DNA of 63,570 nucleotides from Myxococcales bacterium (GTDB lineage Bacteria; Myxococcota_A; Polyangia; Polyangiales; Houyiibacteriaceae): NCBI GenBank assembly GCA_012744445.1, contig JAAYBZ010000165.1, positions 1 to 63,570 of the forward strand, read 5' to 3'. Shown piece by piece: positions 23,910 to 33,854 of this stretch (position 1 is its first letter; each line of letters starts with the position of its first letter). The notes under the pieces were generated by a model. It saw only the letters and a program-made list of their open reading frames with translations, ran no database searches and was not told where the DNA came from. The position numbers and the translations under genes were made by a program.

Positions 23910-24920
23910 ATGAAGCATCCGAAGGTCGCCGTCCTCGGCGCGGGGAGCTGGGGGACCGCCCTCGCCAAGCTCCTCGCCGACAAGGGCTTCGAGACGCGGC
24001 TCTGGTCCCGTCGTGAGGATCAGGCCCGCGCCATCCAGGAGAAGCGGGTCAACGAGGACTATCTCCCCGGCGCCGTCCTCCCGCCCACCCTCACGGCCAC
24101 GCACGATCTCGAGCGCGCGCTCGCGGGCGCCGATCTCGTCGTCGTGGTCGTGCCCACGGTGGGCCTCCGCGAGGTGCTCGACCAGGCCGTCCCGCTCTTC
24201 CCCAAGGGCGCGCCCATCGTCAGCGCCACCAAGGGCATCGAGGAGGGCACCCTCAAGCTCGTCTCCGAGATCTTCGAGGAGCACCTCCCGCCCGAGGAGC
24301 ACGGCCGCCTCACCTACCTCGGCGGGCCTTCGTTCGCCAAGGAGGTCGCCGATCGCGTGCCCACGGTCGTCTGCGTCGCCGGCCGCGACGAGGCCACCGT
24401 CAAGCGCGTCCAGGACTGGTTCTGGACGGATCGGTTCCGCGTGTACCGCACCGACGACGTCATCGGCGTCGAGCTCGGCGGCGCGCTCAAGAACGTCATC
24501 GCCATCGCCGCCGGCGTGGCCGACGGCATGGGCCTCGGGCACAACTCCCGCGCCGGCCTCATCACCCGCGGGCTCGCCGAGATCACCCGCCTCGCCGTGG
24601 CGCGCGGCGGCCATCCGCTCACACTCTCGGGCCTCTCGGGCATGGGCGATCTCGTGCTCACCTGCACCGGCCACCTCTCGCGCAACCGCCAGGTGGGCGT
24701 GAAGCTCGGCCAGGGGATGAAGCTCTCCGAGATCCTCGGGAGCATGAACATGGTCGCCGAGGGCGTGAAGACCTCCAAGAGCGCCTACGAGCTCGGCCTC
24801 CGCGAAGACGTCGACATGCCGATCACGCGCGAGGTCTACCTGCTCCTCTACCACGACAAGCCCGCGGAGGAGGTCGTGGAGACGCTCATGATGCGACCGC
24901 TCCGCGCCGAACGCGGATGA
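23910..24920 (+). CDS. gpsA: NAD(P)H-dependent glycerol-3-phosphate dehydrogenase
   Basis: [19 protein letters not shown] (Rossmann fold), [18 protein letters not shown] and MVAEGV are GpsA signatures. Confidence 0.95.
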   Translation: MKHPKVAVLGAGSWGTALAKLLADKGFETRLWSRREDQARAIQEKRVNEDYLPGAVLPPTLTATHDLERALAGADLVVVVVPTVGLREVLDQAVPLFPKGAPIVSATKGIEEGTLKLVSEIFEEHLPPEEHGRLTYLGGPSFAKEVADRVPTVVCVAGRDEATVKRVQDWFWTDRFRVYRTDDVIGVELGGALKNVIAIAAGVADGMGLGHNSRAGLITRGLAEITRLAVARGGHPLTLSGLSGMGDLVLTCTGHLSRNRQVGVKLGQGMKLSEILGSMNMVAEGVKTSKSAYELGLREDVDMPITREVYLLLYHDKPAEEVVETLMMRPLRAERG

Positions 24921-26479
24921 GCCGCCGCTGGGTCGAACGCCGCCGCGCGGTCATGAGCGTGGTCTTCCCGCTCGTCTTCGTGGCCACGGGCATCCTCGGC
25001 TACTACCTCTGGGCCGCCGCCGCGCGCCTCTCGAGCCTCGAAGAAGAGGCCATCATCGAGTCCACGCTGCTCCTCGTCCGCGAAAAGGTCGAGTCGATCG
25101 AGCAGATGATCATCGGGACGGACAACGCCGTCTTCGATCACGTGCGCGGGCTCCCGCCCGAAGACATCCCCGAGGCGTGGCGCGTGGTCTCGCACAAGAT
25201 CTCGCCGACGGTGCGCGCGGTCGTCGTCATCGACGAGGCCCAGAACATCATCGCCGAGTCGGTCCGCGCGAGCCGCAAGGACGCGAGCCAATTCCTCTGG
25301 CTCTTCCGCAACCGCCTCGTGCCGCTCCTCGATCTCGAGCGCGCGCCCTTCGATCAGCTCCGCCACCTGCACACGCCCGTCGCCGGCGGGAGCTATCTCC
25401 TGAGCTACGTCGGCATGGAGCACCAGGGCGAGCGCTTCTACGTGATCCTCCACCACGACACGGGCCACATCGTGCGCACGGATCTGCCGCGCCTCTTCAA
25501 GAGCGAGGAGGCGCAGCAGCAGTTCAACGTCGTCGACGAGAGCAACCGCCGCATCTTCGGGCCGAGCCTCGCGCGCGCGGGCGACTACCTCGTCGGCCTG
25601 CGCTTCCCGTCCACCCTCTACGGGTGGCGGCTCCAGGTCGCGCCCAAACAAGCGCCCGAGCTCGCCGAGCGCGCGCGCACGCGCCAGTTCCAGGACGCGG
25701 CGCTCATCCTCGGCTCGCTCGTCATCCTGCTCGCCGGCGTGGGCTTCCTCTTTTACGCCGTCGCGCAGGAGCGAAAGCTCAACGACCTCAAGAGCGAGTT
25801 CATCGCCAACGTCTCGCACGAACTCAAGACGCCCCTCTCGGTCGTGCGCATGTTCGCCGAGATGCTCGCCTCCGGGCGCGTGGCGAGCCCCGAGAAACAA
25901 GCGCAGTACCTCGACATGATGATCCGCGAGAGCGAGCGCCTCTCCGGCCTCATCGACAACGTGCTCGACTTCGCCGCCATCGAGCGCGGACGTGAGAAGT
26001 ACGATCGCAAGCTCGGCGATCTCCGCGGCGTCCTCGACCGCACGGTCGAGACCTTCCGCCACCGCATCGAGCCCACCGGCCTCTCCGTGACGCTCGAGGC
26101 GCCCGACGAGCTCCCCGCCGTGCGCATCGACGAGCAAGGGATCGTCCTCGCGCTCCTCAACCTCCTCGACAACGCCCTCAAGTACGGCGGGGAGACCTCC
26201 ATCGCGCTCCGCGTCTTCGTCGACGACGAGAAGGTCACGCTCTGCGTCGACGACGGAGGCCCTGGCATCCCGAGCGAGTCGCGCCGCCGCGTCTTCGAGC
26301 GCTTCTACCGCGGCCACAAGAAGAACGAGGTGCGCGGCTCGGGCATCGGCCTCTCCCTCGTCCGTCACATCGCCATCGCCCACGGCGGCACGGCCTTCGT
26401 CGATCGTTCGCCCGAGGGAGGCGCGCGCGTGGGCTTCTCCATCTCGATCGACGCGCGCGACGCACGCGCCGTCGTGTAG
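24917..26479 (+). CDS. sensor histidine kinase
   Basis: The ATG overlaps the gpsA stop (ATGA 24917-24920). Two TM helices flank a ~230-aa extracytoplasmic domain. HisKA is SEFIANVSHELKTPL. The HATPase N, G1 and G2 boxes are LDNALKY, DDGPGI and GSGIGLS. Confidence 0.9.
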   Translation: MSRRWVERRRAVMSVVFPLVFVATGILGYYLWAAAARLSSLEEEAIIESTLLLVREKVESIEQMIIGTDNAVFDHVRGLPPEDIPEAWRVVSHKISPTVRAVVVIDEAQNIIAESVRASRKDASQFLWLFRNRLVPLLDLERAPFDQLRHLHTPVAGGSYLLSYVGMEHQGERFYVILHHDTGHIVRTDLPRLFKSEEAQQQFNVVDESNRRIFGPSLARAGDYLVGLRFPSTLYGWRLQVAPKQAPELAERARTRQFQDAALILGSLVILLAGVGFLFYAVAQERKLNDLKSEFIANVSHELKTPLSVVRMFAEMLASGRVASPEKQAQYLDMMIRESERLSGLIDNVLDFAAIERGREKYDRKLGDLRGVLDRTVETFRHRIEPTGLSVTLEAPDELPAVRIDEQGIVLALLNLLDNALKYGGETSIALRVFVDDEKVTLCVDDGGPGIPSESRRRVFERFYRGHKKNEVRGSGIGLSLVRHIAIAHGGTAFVDRSPEGGARVGFSISIDARDARAVV

Positions 26480-26498
26480 CCCAGCCCACACTCCTCGA

Positions 26499-26529
26499 TT
26501 GACGCCGCGGGGAGAACGTTGAATATCAT
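26499..26529 (+). promoter_or_regulatory. possible internal promoter (TTGACG ... TATCAT) ahead of the response-regulator gene
   Basis: TTGACG at 26499-26504 and TATCAT at 26524-26529. The 19-nt spacer is long. The patch gttgaatatcatc is AT-rich, and the ATG at 26539 would be nearly leaderless. Confidence 0.25.
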
Positions 26530-26538
26530 CGCCACGTC

Positions 26539-27246
<708 letters not shown>

Positions 27247-27249
27247 GCC

Positions 27250-27465
27250 ATGGGTGCAGGAAGCAGCGCGCTCATCTGGTACGGCATGTGCCTCGGCTTC
27301 GTGGCCTTCGTCGTGATCGTCTCGACGGCCCTCATCTTCTATGGGCAGCTCGTCGAGGCGAAGAAGCGGCGCCGGGCCCAGGCCGCCCTCCCGCCGGGGG
27401 AGTCGCCCCCCGACCCGTCCGAGCCCCCCGGAACGGGTCTTGACCCGAAGGCGGGCGACCGTTAG
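27250..27465 (+). CDS. small single-pass membrane protein
   Basis: 71 aa, beginning 4 nt after the regulator's stop. GC3 is high. The TM helix is CLGFVAFVVIVSTALIFYG, followed by a KKRRR stop-transfer sequence. Confidence 0.5.
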   Translation: MGAGSSALIWYGMCLGFVAFVVIVSTALIFYGQLVEAKKRRRAQAALPPGESPPDPSEPPGTGLDPKAGDR

Positions 27466-27510
27466 AAGCGTTCGGACTACTCTTGCGGCCCATGTCGGGC
27501 CGTTTCGGAA

Positions 27511-28026
27511 TTGCCGAGCCATTTCGGGGCTCGGGAAGGAACCGGGCAGGTGGCCGAGCCGACGCTTTCGCCCCCCGATGCAACGCGTGACCCTCGCCGT
27601 AGCCGTGCGGGTCGAACGGGTCGGATCGCCGCCACCGTCGTCTATCTCCTCGTCGTGGCCTACATGTGCTTCGTCGGGTTCTACGCCGTGATCAAGGGCG
27701 TGTACTTCCCCGCCGAGGCCGAGGTCGCCGAGCTCGAAGGCCCACTCGACCACGAGGCTTGCGTCGACCAAGCCCTCGCCCTCCGGACCGAAGCGCTGGA
27801 GAGAGCCGCGCACCACGTGCGCACGGCCGGTGAGGGCTCGCTCGACGCTTTCTTCGACGATTGGGACAAGCGCTTCAAGACCCTATCGCGCCGTTGCGAA
27901 AAACCCCTTCCCGCCGATCTCGAGAGGCTCCGGTACGGACTCGAAACCATGCTCGCGCGCTTCGAACGCGAAGAGGGGAGGCGCGCCCGGCGCGTCCTCT
28001 CGGAGCTCGGCGCGGAGCCTCACTGA
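27511..28026 (+). CDS. membrane-anchored hypothetical protein
   Basis: TM helix IAATVVYLLVVAYMCFVGFYAVI followed by a helical soluble domain. GC3 is high from about 27600 onward. The start is uncertain: TTG 27511 or GTG 27550. Confidence 0.5.
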   Translation: MPSHFGAREGTGQVAEPTLSPPDATRDPRRSRAGRTGRIAATVVYLLVVAYMCFVGFYAVIKGVYFPAEAEVAELEGPLDHEACVDQALALRTEALERAAHHVRTAGEGSLDAFFDDWDKRFKTLSRRCEKPLPADLERLRYGLETMLARFEREEGRRARRVLSELGAEPH

Positions 28027-28041
28027 GAAAAGCATATTTCC

Positions 28042-29721
28042 ATGACCAGCATCGCCGACGGGAGCCAAGAGCCCGTCCTCCACGAGCCCTCCCCCGAGCC
28101 CACCTTCGCCTCGCTCGGCCTCGGCGCCGACGTCCTCGAAGCCATCGATGCGATGGGCTGGACCGCGCCGACGCCCGTCCAGGCCGCCTGCATCGAGCCC
28201 GCCTCGCGCGGCGTCGACCTCGTCGTCCAGAGCCGCACAGGCACCGGCAAGACCGGCGCCTTCGGGATCCCCATCGTGGATCGCATCGCGAGCCCGGGCG
28301 AAGGCATCCAGGCCCTCATCCTCGCGCCCACCCGTGAGCTCGCCCTCCAGAGCGCCCGCGAGATCGGCAAGCTCGGCGAGAAGCGCGGCCTCCGCACCGC
28401 GGCCGTCTACGGCGGCGCGCCGATGGATCGCCAGATCGACGAGCTCCGCGCCGGCGCCGAGATCGTCTCCGGCACGCCCGGCCGCGTCCTCGATCACCTC
28501 CGCCGCGGCACGCTCGACGCGAGCAAGCTCCGCGTGCTCGTCCTCGACGAGGCCGACGAGATGCTCTCGATGGGCTTCGCCAAGGAGCTCAACGCGATCC
28601 TCGAGATGCTCCCCGAGGACCGGCAGACCTTCCTCTTCTCCGCCACGGTCGACGGCCCCGTCGAGCGCATGGCGCAGCGCCACCTCAAGTCGCCCGAGCG
28701 CATCGCCCTCAGCGGTGACGCCGTCGGCGCGCTCGGCGTGAGCCATTTCATCTACCTCGTCACCGGCCTCGCGCGCGAGCGTGACCTCGTGCGCGTCATC
28801 GAGGTCGAGAACCCCGAGAACGCCATCATCTTCTGCAACACCAAGGCGGCCACCGAATCCGTCGCCAAGGCGCTCCAGCAGGCCGGCTACGACGCCGACT
28901 GGCTGAGCGGCGACCTCACGCAGAAGGAGCGCGAGAAGGTGATGGAGCGGACGCGCCGCGGGGAGCTGCGCTTCCTCGTCGCGACCGACGTCGCCGCGCG
29001 CGGCATCGACGTCAGCCACCTCACGCACGTCATCAACTTCGAGCTCCCGCCGCAGCTCGAGCAATACGTCCACCGCACCGGCCGCACCGGGCGCGCCGGC
29101 CGCACCGGCACCGCCATCTCGCTGGTCGCGCCGGCCGAGCTCGGCTCCCTCTACTACCTGCGCCTCCAGTACAAGATCTTCCCGGTCGAGCGCTCGCTGC
29201 CCACCGAGGGCGAGGCGAAGACGCGCGCCGAGATGGATCGCCTGGCGATGCTCGTCGCCGGCGCCACGGCCCGCGCGAGCGCGATCGACCGCGCCGTCGC
29301 GCGCCGCCTCCTCACGCACGTCGACGCCGAGTCGATCCTCGCGAGCATGATCGCCGCCTACTTCGGCGCGACCTCGGGCGACGTCGACGAGATCGCCGCC
29401 GCGAGCCGCCGCGGGAAGAAGCCCGCCGCCGAGCGCCCGGCGGAGCGCGAAGACGACGCCGAGCCCGCCGGCGACGACGACACCGTCACCCTCTACGTGA
29501 GCCTCGGCAAGCGAGACGGCATGAAGGCCTCGGAGCTCGGCGACTGGCTCGTCGAGCAGGCGGGCGTGGATCGCGGCGACCTCCTCAAGATCCGCACGCG
29601 CGAGAAGCACTCCTTCGTAAAGGTCCCGGCCGATCGCGCCGAGGCCGTCATCGAGAAGATCTCGCAGAGCTCCTTCGAGGATCGCGCGGTCACGGCCGAG
29701 CCGGCCAAGTCCAGCGCCTGA
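28042..29721 (+). CDS. DEAD-box ATP-dependent RNA helicase with C-terminal DbpA-type RNA-binding domain
   Basis: Q motif, then TGTGKT, PTRELA, DEAD, SAT and HRTGRTGRAG. The C-terminal segment TLYVSLGKRDGMKASELGDWL resembles the DbpA RBD. Confidence 0.93.
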   Translation: MTSIADGSQEPVLHEPSPEPTFASLGLGADVLEAIDAMGWTAPTPVQAACIEPASRGVDLVVQSRTGTGKTGAFGIPIVDRIASPGEGIQALILAPTRELALQSAREIGKLGEKRGLRTAAVYGGAPMDRQIDELRAGAEIVSGTPGRVLDHLRRGTLDASKLRVLVLDEADEMLSMGFAKELNAILEMLPEDRQTFLFSATVDGPVERMAQRHLKSPERIALSGDAVGALGVSHFIYLVTGLARERDLVRVIEVENPENAIIFCNTKAATESVAKALQQAGYDADWLSGDLTQKEREKVMERTRRGELRFLVATDVAARGIDVSHLTHVINFELPPQLEQYVHRTGRTGRAGRTGTAISLVAPAELGSLYYLRLQYKIFPVERSLPTEGEAKTRAEMDRLAMLVAGATARASAIDRAVARRLLTHVDAESILASMIAAYFGATSGDVDEIAAASRRGKKPAAERPAEREDDAEPAGDDDTVTLYVSLGKRDGMKASELGDWLVEQAGVDRGDLLKIRTREKHSFVKVPADRAEAVIEKISQSSFEDRAVTAEPAKSSA

Positions 29722-29785
29722 TCCCGCCGCGCGCGGCGGGCCGCGTGACACGCACCGACATGGGGTAAGATTCTTACATCGACCC

Positions 29786-30541
29786 ATGTTCCGATTCGCC
29801 CTCCTCGTCCCGCTCCTCTTCCTCTTCGGCTGCACCGAGCGTCTCCACGGCGCGCTCTCCGAGCGCGAGGCCAACGAGATCCTCGCCGCGCTCGCCGCGC
29901 GAGGCATCGAGGCCAAGAAGGAGCGGGAGTCCGGGCGCGGCGGCGGGAGCTTCGAGGTCCGCCTCTCCACGCGGGATCTCCCGCGCGCGCTCGCCGTTCT
30001 GAGCGAGCTCGGCCTGCCCCGTGAAGCCTCGCCCGGCCTCGACAAGCTGCTCGGCGAAGGCGGCGGCCTCGTCCCGAGCGAGCTCGAAGAGGAGGCCAAG
30101 CTCGTCGCCGTGATCCAGGCCGAGCTCACGGAGACGCTTCGCCGCATCGACGGCGTCGTCGACGCGCGCGTCCACGTGGCGCTCCCGCGCAAGCCCGGCG
30201 TCTTCGAGGCGAGCCCGCCTAGGCCACGCGCGTCCGTCTTCCTCAAGACCCGGGGCGCGCCGAGCTACGACGTCGCCGCCGTGCGCGCGCTCGTCGCGGG
30301 CGGCGTCCGCGGACTCGACGCCGACGACGTCGAGGTCGTCTCCGTGGAGGTCGGCACGTGGGCGCCCGGCGTCGTCGCTTCGCTCACGCGCGTCGGCCCC
30401 TTCGAGGTGGCCGAGAGCTCGGCGACGCCGCTGCGCATCACGCTGACGCTCTGCGTTATCTCACTATTCGCGCTATCGGCCGCGCTCGTCGCACTCATCT
30501 TGCGTTCACGCCGCAATTCACGGCTCGAAACTTCACACTGA
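29786..30541 (+). CDS. YscJ/EscJ/HrcJ (SctJ)-family lipoprotein, orphan
   Basis: Lipobox LLFLFGC. LHGALSEREANEILAALAARGIEAKKE, LSELGLP, IDGVVDARVHVALP and the C-terminal TM helix LTLCVISLFALSAALVALIL follow YscJ/EscJ along the whole length. Confidence 0.8.
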   Translation: MFRFALLVPLLFLFGCTERLHGALSEREANEILAALAARGIEAKKERESGRGGGSFEVRLSTRDLPRALAVLSELGLPREASPGLDKLLGEGGGLVPSELEEEAKLVAVIQAELTETLRRIDGVVDARVHVALPRKPGVFEASPPRPRASVFLKTRGAPSYDVAAVRALVAGGVRGLDADDVEVVSVEVGTWAPGVVASLTRVGPFEVAESSATPLRITLTLCVISLFALSAALVALILRSRRNSRLETSH

Positions 30542-30610
30542 AGTCAAAAGAATGCTTCCAAACCACGGGTGAGTCTGTACAATCCGGCTCCCTCGCACGC
30601 ATCGCCGTCC

Positions 30611-31369
30611 ATGCGATGCCGCGAACGAGTCGGCCCCGTGATTCGCGTCGAAGACGTACACCTCCGGTTCAAAGCCCCGGTGCTCAAGGGCGTCAGCCTT
30701 CACATCCCCGAGGGCTGCATCTACGTGCTCATCGGTCCGGGCGCGGCGGGCAAGAGCGTGCTGCTCAAGTGCATCGCGGGACTCCTCCGTCCCCAGCGCG
30801 GGCGCATCTGGGTCGCGGGCGAAGAGATCACCGCCCTCGACGACCTCCAGATGATGCAGCTCCGCAAGAAGATCGGCATGCTCTTCCAGAACTACGCCCT
30901 CTTCGATCTCTCCGTGGGAGAGAACATCGCGTTCCCGCTCCGTCGCCTCTTCGACCTCCCGCAGAACGAGATCGAGGAGCGCGTGGCCGAGCGCCTGGAG
31001 CGCGTGGCCCTCCCCGGCATCCAGAACCGGATCCCCGCGAGCCTCTCCGGCGGCCAGAAGAAGCGCGTCGGCGTGGCGCGCGCCACCATCGCCAAGGCGC
31101 CCGTCGTCCTCTACGACGAGCCCACGGCGGGCCTCGATCCGGTCACCAGCCAGAAGATCTACAACCTCATCCGCGACGAGCAGCGCGCGCAGAAGAGCAC
31201 CGTCGTCGTCATCTCGAGCGACGTCGCCGGCGCGCTCACGATCGCCGATCGCGTGGGCATGCTGCACCGCGGCGAGCTCATCTTCGACGGCACGGTCGAC
31301 GAGGCCCGCACGTCCAAGCACCCCGCCGTCGACCAATTCGTCCACGGCAAGACGGAGGGACCGCTGTGA
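30611..31369 (+). CDS. MlaF-like ABC ATPase 1 (canonical LSGGQ, H-loop His replaced by Ser)
   Basis: Walker A GPGAAGKS, Q-loop FQNYALF, signature LSGGQKKR, Walker B VVLYDEP, and H-loop position VVVISSD. ATG 30611 is preferred over GTG 30569. Confidence 0.9.
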   Translation: MRCRERVGPVIRVEDVHLRFKAPVLKGVSLHIPEGCIYVLIGPGAAGKSVLLKCIAGLLRPQRGRIWVAGEEITALDDLQMMQLRKKIGMLFQNYALFDLSVGENIAFPLRRLFDLPQNEIEERVAERLERVALPGIQNRIPASLSGGQKKRVGVARATIAKAPVVLYDEPTAGLDPVTSQKIYNLIRDEQRAQKSTVVVISSDVAGALTIADRVGMLHRGELIFDGTVDEARTSKHPAVDQFVHGKTEGPL

Positions 31370-32145
31370 GCACCGCCCTCGCCCTCCCCGCCAAGATCGG
31401 CGCGAGCCTCCTCCAGATCGCCGAGCAGGCCGGCGGCATCGCCATCATGGCGGGTCAGATCCTGCGGCGCCTCCTGCCGCCCAAGATCGACCGCATCGAG
31501 TTCTTCCGGAACATGTACCGGATGGGCGTGCAGTCCACGGCCATCGTCGCGGCGACGGCCTTCTTCACGGGCTGCATCATGGTCATCCAGGCCGCGCCCA
31601 TCGTGCAGAACTTCAACGCCAACCACTACGTGGGTTGGAGCGCGATGTTCACCACGTTCCGCGAGATCGGCCCGCTGCTCATCGCGCTGATGTTCAACGG
31701 CCGCGTCGGCGCCAACAACACCGCCGAGCTCGGCACCATGGTCGTCACCGAGCAGATCGACGCGCTCCGCGCGCTCGCGATCGACCCGGTCACCTACCTC
31801 GTCGTGCCGCGCGTGCTCTCGATGATCATCACGATGACGGCGCTGGTCATCCTCGGCGATGCGCTCGCCATCTTGGGCGCGATCGTCATGGCCAACGTGA
31901 TGCTCGACATGCACCCCGTCGGCTTCGTGAACCACGCCCTCGAGATGCTCGTGCTCTGGGACTTCCTCGTGGGCGTCATCAAGGCGTTCTTCTACGGCTC
32001 GATGATCTCGCTCTCGTCCTGTTATTTCGGCCTCGCCACCCGCGGCGGCGCGCCGGGCGTCGGCCGCGCGGTGAACGCCTCGGTCGTCGCGTCGGCGAGC
32101 GGCGTCTTCATCGCCGACTACATCTCCTCCTTCGTCCTCGGCTGA
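31366..32145 (+). CDS. MlaE/YrbE-like ABC permease 1
   Basis: The GTG at 31366 overlaps the ATPase stop (GTGA). The MlaE family signature is REIGPLLIALMFNGRVGANNTAELGTMVVTEQIDALRALAIDP. There are 5-6 TM helices. Confidence 0.88.
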   Translation: MSTALALPAKIGASLLQIAEQAGGIAIMAGQILRRLLPPKIDRIEFFRNMYRMGVQSTAIVAATAFFTGCIMVIQAAPIVQNFNANHYVGWSAMFTTFREIGPLLIALMFNGRVGANNTAELGTMVVTEQIDALRALAIDPVTYLVVPRVLSMIITMTALVILGDALAILGAIVMANVMLDMHPVGFVNHALEMLVLWDFLVGVIKAFFYGSMISLSSCYFGLATRGGAPGVGRAVNASVVASASGVFIADYISSFVLG

Positions 32146-32157
32146 GCGAGCGCAACG

Positions 32158-32982
32158 ATGACCACGGCCACCGAAACGAACGCCATGCCCACCAAGACGG
32201 ACGCCGAAGCCGAGGTCCGGAAGCCGGGTGCGTTCCAATTCTACGCGGAGGAGCTCAGCGACCTGCTCCGCGTCACCATCCGCACCTTCTATTACATCGT
32301 CCGAGGTAAGCGAGAGAAGGGCGACGTCATCCGCCAGTGCTTCGAGATCGGCAACAAGTCGATGTTCTTCATGGCGGTAACCATGGCGTTCATCGGCGCG
32401 ATCGTCCTCTTCCAGATGTGCATGCAGGCCAAGCGCATCATCCCCGACCTCACGATGATCGGCGGCATGTACGCCAAGCTCCTCATCCGCGAGCTCGCGC
32501 CCTCGGTCGGCGCGATGCCCTTCGCCACGCGCGTCGGCGCCGGCATCGCGGCCGAGATCGGCTCCATGGTCGTCACCGAGCAGACCGACGCCCTCCGCAT
32601 GAGCGGCGCCGATCCGGTCGACTACCTCGTCGTCCCCCGCTTCGTGGCCTCGGTGATCATGGGGACCATCGTCCTCGTCCTCGGCGCGGGCATCGCCTAC
32701 GGCGCGGGCTTCGTCGTCGGCGTCACCACCTTCGACATCAACCCCAACACCTTCATCAATTTCACGAGCGTCAAGGGCGGTGACGTGGCCCTCGGGCTCA
32801 TCAAATGCGTCTGCTACGGCGGCATCATCGCCCTCGTCAGCAGCCAGCGCGGTCTCCGCACCTTCGGCGGCTCCGAGGGCGTCGGCATCGCGACCACGCA
32901 GGCCGTCGTCGGCTCGCTCTTCGCCGTCATCGTCGCCAACTTCATCCTCTCCAGCGTCGGCCACTTCGTCTTCCCCCCCTGA
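32158..32982 (+). CDS. MlaE/YrbE-like ABC permease 2 (diverged paralogue)
   Basis: RELAPSVGAMPFATRVGAGIAAEIGSMVVTEQTDALRMSGADP has the same signature as permease 1 but low overall identity. There is a 12-nt gap after permease 1. Confidence 0.88.
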   Translation: MTTATETNAMPTKTDAEAEVRKPGAFQFYAEELSDLLRVTIRTFYYIVRGKREKGDVIRQCFEIGNKSMFFMAVTMAFIGAIVLFQMCMQAKRIIPDLTMIGGMYAKLLIRELAPSVGAMPFATRVGAGIAAEIGSMVVTEQTDALRMSGADPVDYLVVPRFVASVIMGTIVLVLGAGIAYGAGFVVGVTTFDINPNTFINFTSVKGGDVALGLIKCVCYGGIIALVSSQRGLRTFGGSEGVGIATTQAVVGSLFAVIVANFILSSVGHFVFPP

Positions 32983-32988
32983 GCTGCG

Positions 32989-33735
32989 ATGTCCATCGTC
33001 TTCCGAAACATCCACAAGAGCTTCGGGCCGAAGACGGTCCTCAAGGGCGTCGATCTCGAGGTCCGCGAGGGCGAGTGCTTCTTCATCATCGGCGCCTCGG
33101 GCGTGGGCAAGAGCGTGCTCATCAAACACCTCGTCGGCCTCCTCCGCCCCGACTCCGGCGACATCTACCTCGGGGATCGCGAGATCAGCCGCCTCTCCGA
33201 GCGCGAGTTCTATGAAGTGCGGAAGAAGTGCGCGATGGTCTTCCAGAACTCGACGCTCTTCGACTCGATGACCTGCGTGGAGAACGTCGCGCTCCCCCTC
33301 CGCAAGCACAAGAAGCTCTCGCTGGAGAAGGCCCTCGTCGAGGCCGAGTTCCGCCTCGACCAGGTGCACATGCGCGAGTTCAAGGACGCCTACCCGGCCG
33401 AGCTCGGCGACGGCATGCGCAAGCGCGTCGCCATCGCCCGCGCGCTCACGCTCGACCCGCAGTACGTCCTCTTCGACGAGCCCACCACCTCGCTCGATCC
33501 CGTCAGCGCCCGCCGCGTCGACGTGATGATCCGAGAGCTCTGCGACGAGATCAAGGTCACGAGCATCGTGGTCAGCCACGATCTCGTCTCCATCTTCACC
33601 ATCGCGGACCGTATCGCGATGCTCTACAAGGGCAACGTTCGGCTCCTCGGCACCCCCGAGGATTTCAAGCGTTCCGAAGACCCGGTCGTCCGCCAGTTCA
33701 TCCGTGGCGAGGCCGAAGGACCGATGGAGGTCTGA
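32989..33735 (+). CDS. MlaF-like ABC ATPase 2 (degenerate signature LGDGM)
   Basis: Walker [10 protein letters not shown]-loop FQNSTLF, signature position ELGDGMRKR (33403-33417), Walker B VLFDEP, and H-loop VVSHD. Confidence 0.9.
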   Translation: MSIVFRNIHKSFGPKTVLKGVDLEVREGECFFIIGASGVGKSVLIKHLVGLLRPDSGDIYLGDREISRLSEREFYEVRKKCAMVFQNSTLFDSMTCVENVALPLRKHKKLSLEKALVEAEFRLDQVHMREFKDAYPAELGDGMRKRVAIARALTLDPQYVLFDEPTTSLDPVSARRVDVMIRELCDEIKVTSIVVSHDLVSIFTIADRIAMLYKGNVRLLGTPEDFKRSEDPVVRQFIRGEAEGPMEV

Positions 33736-33854
33736 GCCCAAGCGCTCTCACGCCATCGCCCCGCACGAACCGGGAATCGCCTTACGCTTTTTCGCAATCC
33801 CCGGTTCCACTCCGACTGAACACGTAGGATTCTTCTCCACCGAGGCCCCTTTCC

